A stretch of DNA of 36,563 bases from a virus. Its lineage: Duplodnaviria > Caudoviricetes. Made by a program: the position numbers and the translations under genes. Of this stretch, positions 19,250-28,730 are shown in pieces. Within the stretch, counting starts at the first letter, position 1; each line of letters opens with the position of its first letter. Location: IMG/VR virus record IMGVR_UViG_3300044723_000506, positions 1 through 36,563 of that record; one strand, written 5' to 3'. The notes beneath the pieces are model-generated. The model ran no database searches. It was not told where the DNA came from and was given only the letters and a program-made list of their open reading frames with translations.

Positions 19250-20929
19250 ATGGATACAGATACAGAAGTTTTTGAAAAAATATTTGGTTCTAGGACAGAC
19301 GCTGATAAAGAAGTAAAAAAACAAGACGACGACTCTGCTATTCTTGCAAGAATTTTAGAAGAAAGACAAGTAACTCTGGATAATGCTAATCTTCCAGAAG
19401 AACCTTCAGCTTTTGATCGTATTTTTACGCAGCCCGGACAAAGGTTTCTTGAGCGTGGTTCCGCGACTGCTGGTCGAATAGGAGAACAGGCGGGTCTTAT
19501 GACACAAGGACCTTCTACTCCCGCTGGTCTTACGGACGTGCAAGCAGGGACTGATTATCCTTCTGTATTGCTTCAAACAGTAGGAAATCCTATTTCTCTT
19601 GGTTTTGATGTTCTTGCTAATACAATTATGGTTGGAGCAGAAGGGGCTTTTGGTTTATTGCCTGATGCAGCTAAAGAAGGAACTATGGAGTTTCTTAATA
19701 GTGCTTTACAAACTGAAACTGGTCAGTTAGCTATGAAAGCTTTATCAGAAGGTGCTGAAGCATGGGAAGAGTATTCAGAAAAAAACCCAAATGATGCAGC
19801 TAACTGGGCATCGTTTTTTGAAATACAGCTGGGACTTCCTAAAAGAATATTAACAAATTTTTCTCCTGACCTAAAACCAATAAAAGTTTCAAGTATTGGA
19901 ACAAGAAAAGTTACGCAGCCGTTAGCAGGAATTGATAAAGATATTTACAATATTGCTTACTCTTCCCCTAAAAAAAGCATAGAGCAAGCTAAACTAACTA
20001 CAGATCCTAGAGGCCCTCTCAGGTCACAACAACAACTAGCAAACCAAGACCAACTTGATGTTATAGACGAGTTAAAAAAAGCAGGAGTTAAAGGAAATTT
20101 AACTTTACAACAAAATTTAAATAAAACACAAGAGTATTTAGATAAGCTTGACAGAATTCTTTTAGGCATGTCTAGAAGAAGAAAAATACAAACAATAGAC
20201 GATGCTAAATTTAGAGAATATCTTGGGGCAGAGTTTAAAGAAATGGTAAGCGCCAATCCTAGAATACTAAATAACAAGGCGGCTAAAAAGAAATTACAGC
20301 AAAACTATGACGAATTTTTAGCTATATTAAAAGAGCAGGGGAATACTGCAGAGGGTTTTTTAAACGCCCGTCGTATTTTTGACGACAAGATGAGACGTTC
20401 TGGTATTGATGTGGGTGGTTCTAAGCTAAATGCAGATACTCTAGTTGCTCATGCTGTTCGTAGAGCAGGAAACAGGTCTATATTTGATGTTGTTCCAGAA
20501 GCCAAAGATATACTTGGACGACAAAGTAGAATACTAAGCGTACAAGATAATATAGCAACGAAAGCAGCTAATGAATCTCAAACAGCTGTGGGTCGTTATA
20601 TTCATGAGTTAGGACTAGATAAATATGTGGGAGAAACTATAACAAGTCAGTTTATAAACGCAGCTGCTACTTTAGGATTAGGCGTTGCTGCTTCTCCTTT
20701 CATAATTTTAAAAAGATTAATTAAAGCAGAAACACCAGCAAATATACGTGCTAAAGTATCTTACGCTCTTAATGATGTTTTTAAAGAGATAGAAAAAGCC
20801 TTAGCTAGGACTAAAGATCCTGTGACTAAAAAATCTTTATTGGCTCAAAGAGCCCTTGTGTATTCAGCATTTAAAGCAGCAGGGGAGCAGATAGTAGCTG
20901 AAGCTGAACAAAATCAGGAAGATAAATAA
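19250..20929 (+). CDS. Internal virion protein (putative)
   Basis: 559-aa helical protein; position in the late arm. Confidence 0.55.
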   Translation: MDTDTEVFEKIFGSRTDADKEVKKQDDDSAILARILEERQVTLDNANLPEEPSAFDRIFTQPGQRFLERGSATAGRIGEQAGLMTQGPSTPAGLTDVQAGTDYPSVLLQTVGNPISLGFDVLANTIMVGAEGAFGLLPDAAKEGTMEFLNSALQTETGQLAMKALSEGAEAWEEYSEKNPNDAANWASFFEIQLGLPKRILTNFSPDLKPIKVSSIGTRKVTQPLAGIDKDIYNIAYSSPKKSIEQAKLTTDPRGPLRSQQQLANQDQLDVIDELKKAGVKGNLTLQQNLNKTQEYLDKLDRILLGMSRRRKIQTIDDAKFREYLGAEFKEMVSANPRILNNKAAKKKLQQNYDEFLAILKEQGNTAEGFLNARRIFDDKMRRSGIDVGGSKLNADTLVAHAVRRAGNRSIFDVVPEAKDILGRQSRILSVQDNIATKAANESQTAVGRYIHELGLDKYVGETITSQFINAAATLGLGVAASPFIILKRLIKAETPANIRAKVSYALNDVFKEIEKALARTKDPVTKKSLLAQRALVYSAFKAAGEQIVAEAEQNQEDK

Positions 20930-22878
20930 TGTCAATCCTATACGCAAACAGGGCTCCTCTTTTTCGTGAAAGAGGTGAAGAAAATATTAAAGGGGCTGTT
21001 GACTTACAGCGCCAAGAATATGGCATGTTTGACCAAGGAGAAATTACTTTTCCTGAGTTAGCACTAAGAACAACGGGTAACCTCTCTAGAGCAACTGTTG
21101 GAAACGTAGCAGGACAAGTATTATCGCCTGTGATGGAAGCTGCTGGGTATATGTTTCCTGCTGCTGGGGTTGTTTTAGAGCCTGTCACAAGACCCGTTAA
21201 AGCTGGTGCAGAGTACTTATCTGAAGAATACCCCCGTTTTTACAGAAATTTAGAAGCGGGCTTAGAAGCCACAGATCTTCTTTTAGGAGGAGGAGGTGCC
21301 GCAGCAGCTATACAAGCAGGAAAGCGAGTAGATAAGATTACTGGAAAAGAGTCAGGTAGAGGTATGCTTTTGGCCTCTTTAGATAACTACATTGACAATT
21401 TTTATGGTCGAAGAGAAGTTACTGCAAATACTCCAGACCCCTCAGGTGCTTCTGCCCCCTTAACTGCTGGACAAAAAACATTAGAAAAGCAGCTGTATTC
21501 TTCAAACTCTGGTTTAAACAGTGTTTTAGACTTTGCTGAGTCTTCTATGCTTGTTCCTTCTTCTTTGCAGGGTAAATTGAAGAATCTTCGCGGTAAACTT
21601 GGACAAAACAAGTTAAAATCAGAAAACTTTGAATCGACAAAAGAAACAAGAGCCGCAGTTTCTAAAATAAGCTCAGTTGCCGATTTTGCAAAAACAGGCT
21701 TCAAAAACACTGTAAAAGACTTGTTTAGTCCTGAATCACGTGCGCTTTTTAGGGAACAAGGTCTGTCTAATACAGGTAAAGAAATTATAGAATCTCACAT
21801 GGTAGCAGCCAGATTAGCTGAGACTCCTGAAGGTAAAAAAATTCTAGAAGACATTGCAGAAAAACAACAAGAATATAGAAATCTTCCGAAACAAAAAGGA
21901 AAACTCACAGAAAAGCATAAAGAAATTGATAGAGAAATACAGGAATTAGGTTCTAAGCTGGCTTCTCGCGGGATTCCAAAAGCCGTAGCGGAAGCTATTT
22001 ATCAGATGCACATTGGGGCTCAGGGCGGTAGAAAAGGAGGACTAAACGAAGGACTTTCTCAAATTGCTTTGGAGTCTTTTGTTGAGCCTTACAACAACTA
22101 TCAACGAGGAACCTTATCTTCTTGGTTTTCAAAAAACAATCAAGCAAAAAGTAATAAGTACGACGTGTCTTTCCCTGAGGGTGTTTCAAACAGACTAGAA
22201 CAAAACATCATAAACGCACATAAAGACTCTCTTGGAGAAGCGGGAGTTCCTGCTTTAGTCGTAATGAAACGAGCAGCTAAAGGAAAAACCTCTGGTAATC
22301 ATTTTTATGACTTGACCAACACTAAAAAAGAAGGCTCTCCTGCTTATAGGATAAACAACGCTTTCAAAGCTTTGGAAGGTCGTAACGTAAACCAAGGAAC
22401 TTTGATTGATGAGTTGTCGAGACAAGGACTAACAATAACAGGAAAAGAAGCAGACGGAAAAGTTTATTTTTCAGGTAGCACAAAAGGATCTGCAATTGTT
22501 GAAGGCGGTATTCATGTGTCTGGTTATGTGAAGCCTGACGGAACAACTGCTTTAATTATGTCAGACGTTCATGACTTTTTTGAAAACTTGAAACCAGTAA
22601 AAACTGTAGTTGACAGAGTTGCACCAAATTCTTTAATAGCAGTGACTCCTCCGGTGTTTAAGAATTTTAAAGACCCTAAAGCTGATATTTCTAATAGAGC
22701 GCCTGTTTCAAAAGACACGCAAGCTGTAGATGTAGAAGCTGCTCTTGAAGATATAGCTTCTGCTAAACCTAGCGCTGAAGTAGTTTCTGCAGAAAGAATG
22801 AGACAAGGAGGGATGCTAACTTCTGCTGCTGGAGTGACTTCAGCTGGTCTTAAACAGCAAGAAGAAGAGGGGCGCTAA
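20929..22878 (+). CDS. Internal virion protein (putative), last late gene
   Basis: 649 aa, TAATG-coupled; no catalytic motif recognised. Confidence 0.55.
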   Translation: MSILYANRAPLFRERGEENIKGAVDLQRQEYGMFDQGEITFPELALRTTGNLSRATVGNVAGQVLSPVMEAAGYMFPAAGVVLEPVTRPVKAGAEYLSEEYPRFYRNLEAGLEATDLLLGGGGAAAAIQAGKRVDKITGKESGRGMLLASLDNYIDNFYGRREVTANTPDPSGASAPLTAGQKTLEKQLYSSNSGLNSVLDFAESSMLVPSSLQGKLKNLRGKLGQNKLKSENFESTKETRAAVSKISSVADFAKTGFKNTVKDLFSPESRALFREQGLSNTGKEIIESHMVAARLAETPEGKKILEDIAEKQQEYRNLPKQKGKLTEKHKEIDREIQELGSKLASRGIPKAVAEAIYQMHIGAQGGRKGGLNEGLSQIALESFVEPYNNYQRGTLSSWFSKNNQAKSNKYDVSFPEGVSNRLEQNIINAHKDSLGEAGVPALVVMKRAAKGKTSGNHFYDLTNTKKEGSPAYRINNAFKALEGRNVNQGTLIDELSRQGLTITGKEADGKVYFSGSTKGSAIVEGGIHVSGYVKPDGTTALIMSDVHDFFENLKPVKTVVDRVAPNSLIAVTPPVFKNFKDPKADISNRAPVSKDTQAVDVEAALEDIASAKPSAEVVSAERMRQGGMLTSAAGVTSAGLKQQEEEGR

Positions 22879-22884
22879 GGCCCC
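22869..22884. terminator. Hairpin at the convergence of the two arms (probable terminator)
   Basis: GGGGC-GCTAAG-GCCCC. Followed by TCTTCTTCTT on the - strand; only a weak T tract on +. Confidence 0.65.
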
Positions 22885-22895
22885 CCAGTTTCACT

Positions 22896-24770
22896 CTAGA
22901 TCTCGCAACTATTGCCAACACAGGCCAACTGCTGCGACCCTTCCGTCATGTCAGAAGCCTCTGAGATGTTCCAGTCGATAGCCTTGGGAAAATCCTTGAC
23001 TAACGATTGGTACGTCTCTAGGTCCACAGGCTCATAAGGTGCCTGTTGGTACGTATGTTCTGAATAAGGCAGAAAGCTGATGCCACTAACCTTGTCGAAC
23101 TTGTTGTACAACCACTGCCCCACCTCTAGGAACTCATCGTCTCTGTAGTAGCAAGTCATGGACGGCTTGTGTTCACACCAGAAGTCCTGATACATCTCCC
23201 ATAACTCAAGCTGCTCCATAGCACCCATGTCCGTAGCCACCACAGCCTTCTTAGGAGACTTGATGGGGAACGAGAAGACCTTAGTAGTAGAAGAAGTCAC
23301 GTCTAGCTCCACAGGGACTCCTGCGGCCTCTAGGACAGCACACAAGGGGTCTCGTGCGTCTGCTCTTACTCGTCTAATGTATTGCTCCGCATATCTAGGG
23401 TGGATGCCAGACGCGCTATCAACCAACTGAGATACAGTACCGGAAGGCTTAACAGCAGTAATGGCAGTGCTAACATTGATGCCAAGGCGTTTAGCCCAAA
23501 CACGGTTAGTTTCAATAGCTTCGTCTTTAAGCCGCGTGAGCCAGTACTGTAGATCTGCACGATTCTTCCTCCCTGACATCACTGGATGGTCCATGATGCC
23601 TGTTAATGATACACCCAAGAGTGCTTCTTCTGCTGTGTTGTCTTTCCAGATTTTACGCAAGTACCTGAAGTCAGTCAGGGTTGCCTGTAGAGTCCCTAAG
23701 ATAGCAGCAGCGCGTACCTTCAGCCGTAAGCCTTCCAAGGTGTCATTGGCCCTAACCACTACTTCCGACAAATTACAGAACTGGTAAGGTCTTAGGATAA
23801 TCTCTGAGCATGGATTAGTCCCGAACTCAAAGGTAGCGTCCCTGCGTCCATTCTTAGCAGCCTGACGCTGACTAGCGACACGACTAAAGACACCTCGTTC
23901 TCCTGACCGTGATTCGTACAGAGACTTCCACTCGTTCAAGAAGGCTTCAAAGTCAGGCTTCTCTGTGTAACAAGCTGAGTTATTAGCCAAGCCACGCTGA
24001 GGATTATCTATCCACCACTGTCCTGATTTGCTTCTACGTATCCTATCGTCAGTGAGGTTACTAAGACTGATGAGAGCACTTCTTCTGACTCCCCCCACGA
24101 CGACGATTTGTGCAATTTTACAGCATAGATCGTGGCACTCAATGGAGCTAAGTCTTCGACCTCTAGCTCCTCTGAAAACATCAACCGTGAACTGAAACAG
24201 ATCAACAAGAGGTTCTGGACCAGACGCTCGACCTCCGAAAGTCTTAAGGGCTGCCCCCGCAGCTCTAACTCCAGACACGTCCCACTTTGGAACTTGACCG
24301 CTAAAGAGCATTGCGATAAGTTCTCGGTATGCTTTAGCCCATCCAATTTTGCTGTCAGCGACGTGTATAACGGTATCTGTATCATGGAACTCCTCAGCTA
24401 CTTCAGGTAGCTTACTAATGTACTGTCGTTCGACACTGAAGCCAACCCCAGTTCCACACATGAGGATGTACATCATTTCGTCGAAGGCTTTAGGGTGATC
24501 GATAGGTAGGTAGGAGCAGTTAAACCCAGCTACGTTGTCTCTGTCCAAGGCTTCCCCGGCAGTCATGAGTGCTCTCATGCTGGGCATCACGTCTAGATCA
24601 TGAATAGGAACGTACAGGTCTAGGGCCTCCTTCTCCGTCAGTTTGTTTTTTGACACCCAGAAGTCCAAGTAACGGTTCACTGTCTCTTCCCATGTTTCCC
24701 GTCGTTGTTCTTCCGGTATGTACCGGGCGTACCTAGATTTATGGATGTACTGTTGATATGCGTCCATCAT
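22896..24770 (-). CDS. nrdJ: Class II (adenosylcobalamin-dependent) ribonucleotide reductase, monomeric RTPR-like
   Basis: FNCSY, GGVRRSA, TNPCSEI, CNL, KPSGT and C-terminal CVGNSCEI. No nrdB in the genome. Confidence 0.9.
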   Translation of the reverse strand: MMDAYQQYIHKSRYARYIPEEQRRETWEETVNRYLDFWVSKNKLTEKEALDLYVPIHDLDVMPSMRALMTAGEALDRDNVAGFNCSYLPIDHPKAFDEMMYILMCGTGVGFSVERQYISKLPEVAEEFHDTDTVIHVADSKIGWAKAYRELIAMLFSGQVPKWDVSGVRAAGAALKTFGGRASGPEPLVDLFQFTVDVFRGARGRRLSSIECHDLCCKIAQIVVVGGVRRSALISLSNLTDDRIRRSKSGQWWIDNPQRGLANNSACYTEKPDFEAFLNEWKSLYESRSGERGVFSRVASQRQAAKNGRRDATFEFGTNPCSEIILRPYQFCNLSEVVVRANDTLEGLRLKVRAAAILGTLQATLTDFRYLRKIWKDNTAEEALLGVSLTGIMDHPVMSGRKNRADLQYWLTRLKDEAIETNRVWAKRLGINVSTAITAVKPSGTVSQLVDSASGIHPRYAEQYIRRVRADARDPLCAVLEAAGVPVELDVTSSTTKVFSFPIKSPKKAVVATDMGAMEQLELWEMYQDFWCEHKPSMTCYYRDDEFLEVGQWLYNKFDKVSGISFLPYSEHTYQQAPYEPVDLETYQSLVKDFPKAIDWNISEASDMTEGSQQLACVGNSCEI

Positions 24771-25006
24771 AATTCGTATTCTCCTCCTGTTAGTAGTGAC
24801 ATTTTCAGTTGGTCCAGTAAGAAAGCTAGTTCGTACGTGTCCATGTTAGTAGAAACCATGATGTACTCTTCGGACTTAATGATGCAAAAAGCATCCTCGT
24901 AGTTCTCTAAGTTTTCATTGTCCACTATGAGTTTAAACACGTCAGGAACAGATATCTTGTTTATGTTCTGCTTGTTTCCACCGAAAGCACCTTCGATCAC
25001 TTTCAT
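24767..25006 (-). CDS. Hypothetical protein
   Basis: Likely start MKVIEGAFG at 25006 with a GGAGG RBS; ATGA overlap with nrdJ. Confidence 0.7.
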   Translation of the reverse strand: MKVIEGAFGGNKQNINKISVPDVFKLIVDNENLENYEDAFCIIKSEEYIMVSTNMDTYELAFLLDQLKMSLLTGGEYEL

Positions 25007-25251
25007 TCTAGCGCCTCCTGTTCTCTGACCATCTTGTTTAAGTACCACTGAGCCTTCTGCAAGTCCTGTAGTCCATTCTTGTAACGCCACCTGTGTAAGT
25101 ACTTAAGCACATTGCCCTCACAGTAGTCTACAATACCTTCTCCTAGCTGCTGCTTAATGTAGTCGATAGCCTCCATACCGCCTTGGTTGTAATGAGGAGG
25201 CTTATGAACTAAAGCGTCCCATTCTTTAGGCGTCGCTAAGTCAATACTCAT
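25003..25251 (-). CDS. DUF3310 / T7 gp1.7-like nucleotide kinase family protein
   Basis: VHKPPHY..EAIDYI..GNVLKYLHRW..KNGLQDLQKAQWYL. Confidence 0.85.
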   Translation of the reverse strand: MSIDLATPKEWDALVHKPPHYNQGGMEAIDYIKQQLGEGIVDYCEGNVLKYLHRWRYKNGLQDLQKAQWYLNKMVREQEALE

Positions 25252-25426
25252 CTTCGTCCTCCTCTTCACTTGCTAACTCCTCCGCAAAGTACTCCAGTCT
25301 ATTTATCAGCTTGTCCTCGAACCTGTCCAGAAGCTCATCAGAGGTTATCTCCAGTGTTTCCAAAAAGTCTTCAGGATCGTAGGTCCTCAGCAGACGTTCC
25401 TTAATTTCTTCCATTGTTAGAGACAT
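25241..25426 (-). CDS. Small acidic hypothetical protein
   Basis: LETLEITSDELLDRFEDK; overlaps both neighbours. Confidence 0.7.
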   Translation of the reverse strand: MSLTMEEIKERLLRTYDPEDFLETLEITSDELLDRFEDKLINRLEYFAEELASEEEDEDEY

Positions 25427-25790
25427 CTTCTATCAACTCCTCTAGTGTATCTAATGTGTACCACGCAAGCCCTTCTTTTTCACACCACTCAGACATTGTC
25501 ATCTTAGCACCCTTTCTTACTTTCTTGTTTGGACCCATGAGGACAAACACAAGTCTCTGATGGCTCTCTAAGCTGTCTCTGACTGCTTTGTACTTCTGAG
25601 TGTCTCCTTCCCTAAAGAACCCCTTACATTCCACCAGCGTGTCACTAGCCATGTGTACAAAGTCTGGCTTGTAGTTACGATGGATGGTGTAAGGGACCAT
25701 ATAAGGTTCGTACTCAAAGCCCTCCAGTACCTTTGCAGTCTCCTCCTCAAAGACACTACGAAACTTCGATTTCTTGGACCTTCGGCTCAT
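25401..25790 (-). CDS. Endonuclease I / Holliday junction resolvase (T7 gp3-like)
   Basis: FRSVFEE, YEP, YKPDF and VECKGFF PD-(D/E)XK motifs. Confidence 0.85.
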   Translation of the reverse strand: MSRRSKKSKFRSVFEEETAKVLEGFEYEPYMVPYTIHRNYKPDFVHMASDTLVECKGFFREGDTQKYKAVRDSLESHQRLVFVLMGPNKKVRKGAKMTMSEWCEKEGLAWYTLDTLEELIEDVSNNGRN

Positions 25791-26622
25791 TGAATACCTC
25801 TACTAAATAACGTGGACCTGATGAATATGCGAACCCTCTTACGGAAGGCCAACACCGTTTTTTGTAAGAGCAGTAGGAGCATCCGATAGCGAGTTTCTGG
25901 TTGCCACTTTTTCCATCTGCGATAGGCTTGTAGCATACTTCGGGTGGTTCCTCCTGCTCCACTAGCTTTTTTATGCGTTCAATCCTTTCTTCTATATCAT
26001 AAGAGATCAGGTCGTACACAGGAGCTTGTGTGTCCTCTGAGTCGTACAGTAAGTACGTCAGGTGCCCATTCTGTTTGTCCATTGCCAACCAGCCAAACTT
26101 GGTTTCACCTTCTGAGTGAGCGTAACCCTTGATTTGACCTATGTACCCGAAGGGGTCGTCGTAAGCCAGAGTACCTTCTTTGAACTTCTTGAACCCGTAG
26201 GTGGAAGTGGACTTAACGTCAGTCACAATCCCGTCGATCCTACAGTCCATAGACCCCTTGATGCCGTTGACCTCACACTTCTTCTGCTCATCAGTCACAG
26301 TGTGACCAGCAGCTCTTGTGAGGAACAGTAGCAGTTCTTCAATGAGATGACCGTAGAGGAACTTGACGTACGTGTGTGGCTCTATGTCTTCTCCTTTTTC
26401 CACGTCGTTGTACACGTTCCAGAGGAAACGCTCGTCGCGCCCAATGTTCGACATACGTAGTTTACGCGAGTCGTCTCGGACCTCTGTGAACTCCTTACGC
26501 ATAAGGTCCTTCACGTTCTCACCGAACAGCTCGATGCAGCTCTCGATGTCTACTCCTTCGGCTACCTCTTTGGTAGACACTAGGCTGTAGATGTCGCTCA
26601 CTAGGTTGTACGTGTTTTTCAT
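25756..26622 (-). CDS. PD-(D/E)XK exonuclease
   Basis: LRMSNIG, GHLIE, GSMDCRIDG..DVKS, Y..Q..GY and CSYC. Likely start MKNTY at 26622. Confidence 0.8.
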   Translation of the reverse strand: MKNTYNLVSDIYSLVSTKEVAEGVDIESCIELFGENVKDLMRKEFTEVRDDSRKLRMSNIGRDERFLWNVYNDVEKGEDIEPHTYVKFLYGHLIEELLLFLTRAAGHTVTDEQKKCEVNGIKGSMDCRIDGIVTDVKSTSTYGFKKFKEGTLAYDDPFGYIGQIKGYAHSEGETKFGWLAMDKQNGHLTYLLYDSEDTQAPVYDLISYDIEERIERIKKLVEQEEPPEVCYKPIADGKSGNQKLAIGCSYCSYKKRCWPSVRGFAYSSGPRYLVEVFNEPKVQEIEVS

Positions 26623-27086
26623 TTGTAATCTTCCGCTGTACTGGAGACGACAACTCTGGCCTGCTCCGGTGTGCATTTGAACCACTCTCCTCTGCGTTCG
26701 TAGAGCTTTTGTAGCTCTGTGTGCGCCTGTGATTCTGCCTGACGACGATCGTTTACGTCATACCTATATTGTAACACATAATCTCTAAAAGGTGAAGAAG
26801 TTTGGTAGTTGTTTAAGCGGTCCTCAGCGTCAACAGCCATACCTACCTTTACCCAGTCAGGGAAGTTAGGGTTGGTAATGGCGTACACCTGACCCTCGAC
26901 ACTGCTCTCGTACTTCTCTAGGCTGCTGAAGGCTGCTTGTTCAAAGTTCTTGTATCGTCCCGGCTTGTGCAAAGGGTGGGTTTGTCTAATGTACTTCCCA
27001 TTTACCCACATGCGATTATTGTTTCTAAATTTTTGCCTTTCAGGATTGTCTTTATAGTACTTGCCGTTTACTTTTGCATAAATCAT
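26619..27086 (-). CDS. GIY-YIG-like (T5orf172/MUG113) domain protein
   Basis: GQVYAITNP..WVKVGMA..RLNNYQTSSP..E..H..GEWF. Confidence 0.8.
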   Translation of the reverse strand: MIYAKVNGKYYKDNPERQKFRNNNRMWVNGKYIRQTHPLHKPGRYKNFEQAAFSSLEKYESSVEGQVYAITNPNFPDWVKVGMAVDAEDRLNNYQTSSPFRDYVLQYRYDVNDRRQAESQAHTELQKLYERRGEWFKCTPEQARVVVSSTAEDYK

Positions 27087-27098
27087 TCGTACTTCTCC

Positions 27099-28730
27099 TT
27101 AGTGGGTATCTGCCCACGTTGTTCCGACTTTGTACTCTCCGTCCAACGGACATCTGAGATTAAACTCCAGACCCGCCGCCTTGAGGCACTCGACTGCGAG
27201 CCAGCCAAACTTCTCTGCGTCTTTCTCTGCAACTTCCGACTGGATTTCATCATGTATATTTCCTATAATTTTGTAGTCCAACTTCCATAGCTTCGCGTAG
27301 TCGTCCAAGATCACCAGTGCCTTCTTCATTACGATGGCCCCTGCTGCTTGCAACAACGTGTTCAAAGCGGAATGTTCAGATCTGACTCCGAGCCTTCTAC
27401 CGTCAAGTCCAGTGAGGTAACCTCTTGAAGACGCGTTTGATACTCTGTCCTTAAGAGCTGCGAATGATGGCAGATTATTAAGGAAAGATTCTCTAAGTTT
27501 TTTGCCAGTCGTTCTACCTCTTCCAACCACAGACCCAAGTTTTTCATCTCCTGCTCCGTATAAGAGGGCATAGATGAAAGTTTTTGCCTGATTTCTTGAT
27601 TCAAGTCCAGCAAGGCGTTGATTTGCTGTGTGGATATCTCCGTTGATAATTTCATTGGTGTAGTCCTCGTCTTTCATGTAATGAGCCAGCATACGCAACT
27701 CAAGACCACTAGCGTCAAAACCCACTAGCTTCTTACCTTCTGGCACAGTCCAACAAGACCGACACTCGTGTCCGTACGGGCTGTGACTTGCTGGAACCTG
27801 CGCCATGTTGGGCGACTGGTGCGTCATACGTCCTGTGACTGCACCGTTGCTGATGACACGTCCGTGGACCCTGCCGTCTTCCTTCACGTGTTCTAGCCAC
27901 GAGTGAACCTGCGCGTATCTTTTCTGTAGCATCAGGTACTCACTGACGACCTTAGCTTCCGGAAGATCGATGGTCTCTAGGACTGCTTCATCGACTATCG
28001 GGTTGCCTTTTTCCGTGAGTTTGTCGAAGCAAACCCCAAGGCTCGAAAGCCTCTTCGCAATTTGCTGCCGAGAACCCACGTTAAAAACTTCAACCTTGTC
28101 CTTAAGCTTCTTGCCCGTTTTCTCTGACCAACGCTCGTGGACAATCGGGGGAAACTTCTGCTGTAAGTCTTCTTCGATTTCATTCATTCTCTCCTTAAAT
28201 GTTGCACACAGGTCCCTAGCCAATGGCTGATCTAGGACCCACCCGTTTATCTCCTGCTGCTGAACTGAGGCTTGTACTTTATGCTCTAGTTCTATGCAAT
28301 TAGGGGAAAAGCAAGTCATTTCTTGCATTAACTTCTGATGCACTGCTTCTGTTACCTCAACGTCTCGGATGCAGTAGTCGATCATCTCCTGTGACAACTG
28401 CGACCAGTCCGTGTGGTCTCCTTTTGGGAAGCCTAAGCACTCTCCCCAGTTTCTCAGTGAGTGCCCACCTAGCTTACTTGGCTCGTACAAACGTGACAAA
28501 ACCAAAGTGTCTAGGACCCTCTCAGGAGCCACTGTGATGCCCCAGAGGCGTTCTAGGACAGGGATATCGTATCCTATTAGGTTATGCCCAACGACGCTCA
28601 CAGAGCCTCTCAGTGCGTCTGACAGCGTATCCGGGGTGGTATGTACTACATTTGCCCCATTCTCACGTGTCACTACGCACCAAATGGTGTCCGGAGTCAA
28701 ACCATTGGCCTCTAGGTCAAGATAAATCAA
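27099..28730 (-). CDS. polA: Family A DNA polymerase with 3'-5' exonuclease (Tyr762 type)
   Basis: DLEANG, HNLIGYD, YCIRDV; motif A DASGLELR, motif B RNQAKTFIYALLYG, motif C HDE. Confidence 0.95.
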   Translation of the reverse strand: MIYLDLEANGLTPDTIWCVVTRENGANVVHTTPDTLSDALRGSVSVVGHNLIGYDIPVLERLWGITVAPERVLDTLVLSRLYEPSKLGGHSLRNWGECLGFPKGDHTDWSQLSQEMIDYCIRDVEVTEAVHQKLMQEMTCFSPNCIELEHKVQASVQQQEINGWVLDQPLARDLCATFKERMNEIEEDLQQKFPPIVHERWSEKTGKKLKDKVEVFNVGSRQQIAKRLSSLGVCFDKLTEKGNPIVDEAVLETIDLPEAKVVSEYLMLQKRYAQVHSWLEHVKEDGRVHGRVISNGAVTGRMTHQSPNMAQVPASHSPYGHECRSCWTVPEGKKLVGFDASGLELRMLAHYMKDEDYTNEIINGDIHTANQRLAGLESRNQAKTFIYALLYGAGDEKLGSVVGRGRTTGKKLRESFLNNLPSFAALKDRVSNASSRGYLTGLDGRRLGVRSEHSALNTLLQAAGAIVMKKALVILDDYAKLWKLDYKIIGNIHDEIQSEVAEKDAEKFGWLAVECLKAAGLEFNLRCPLDGEYKVGTTWADTH

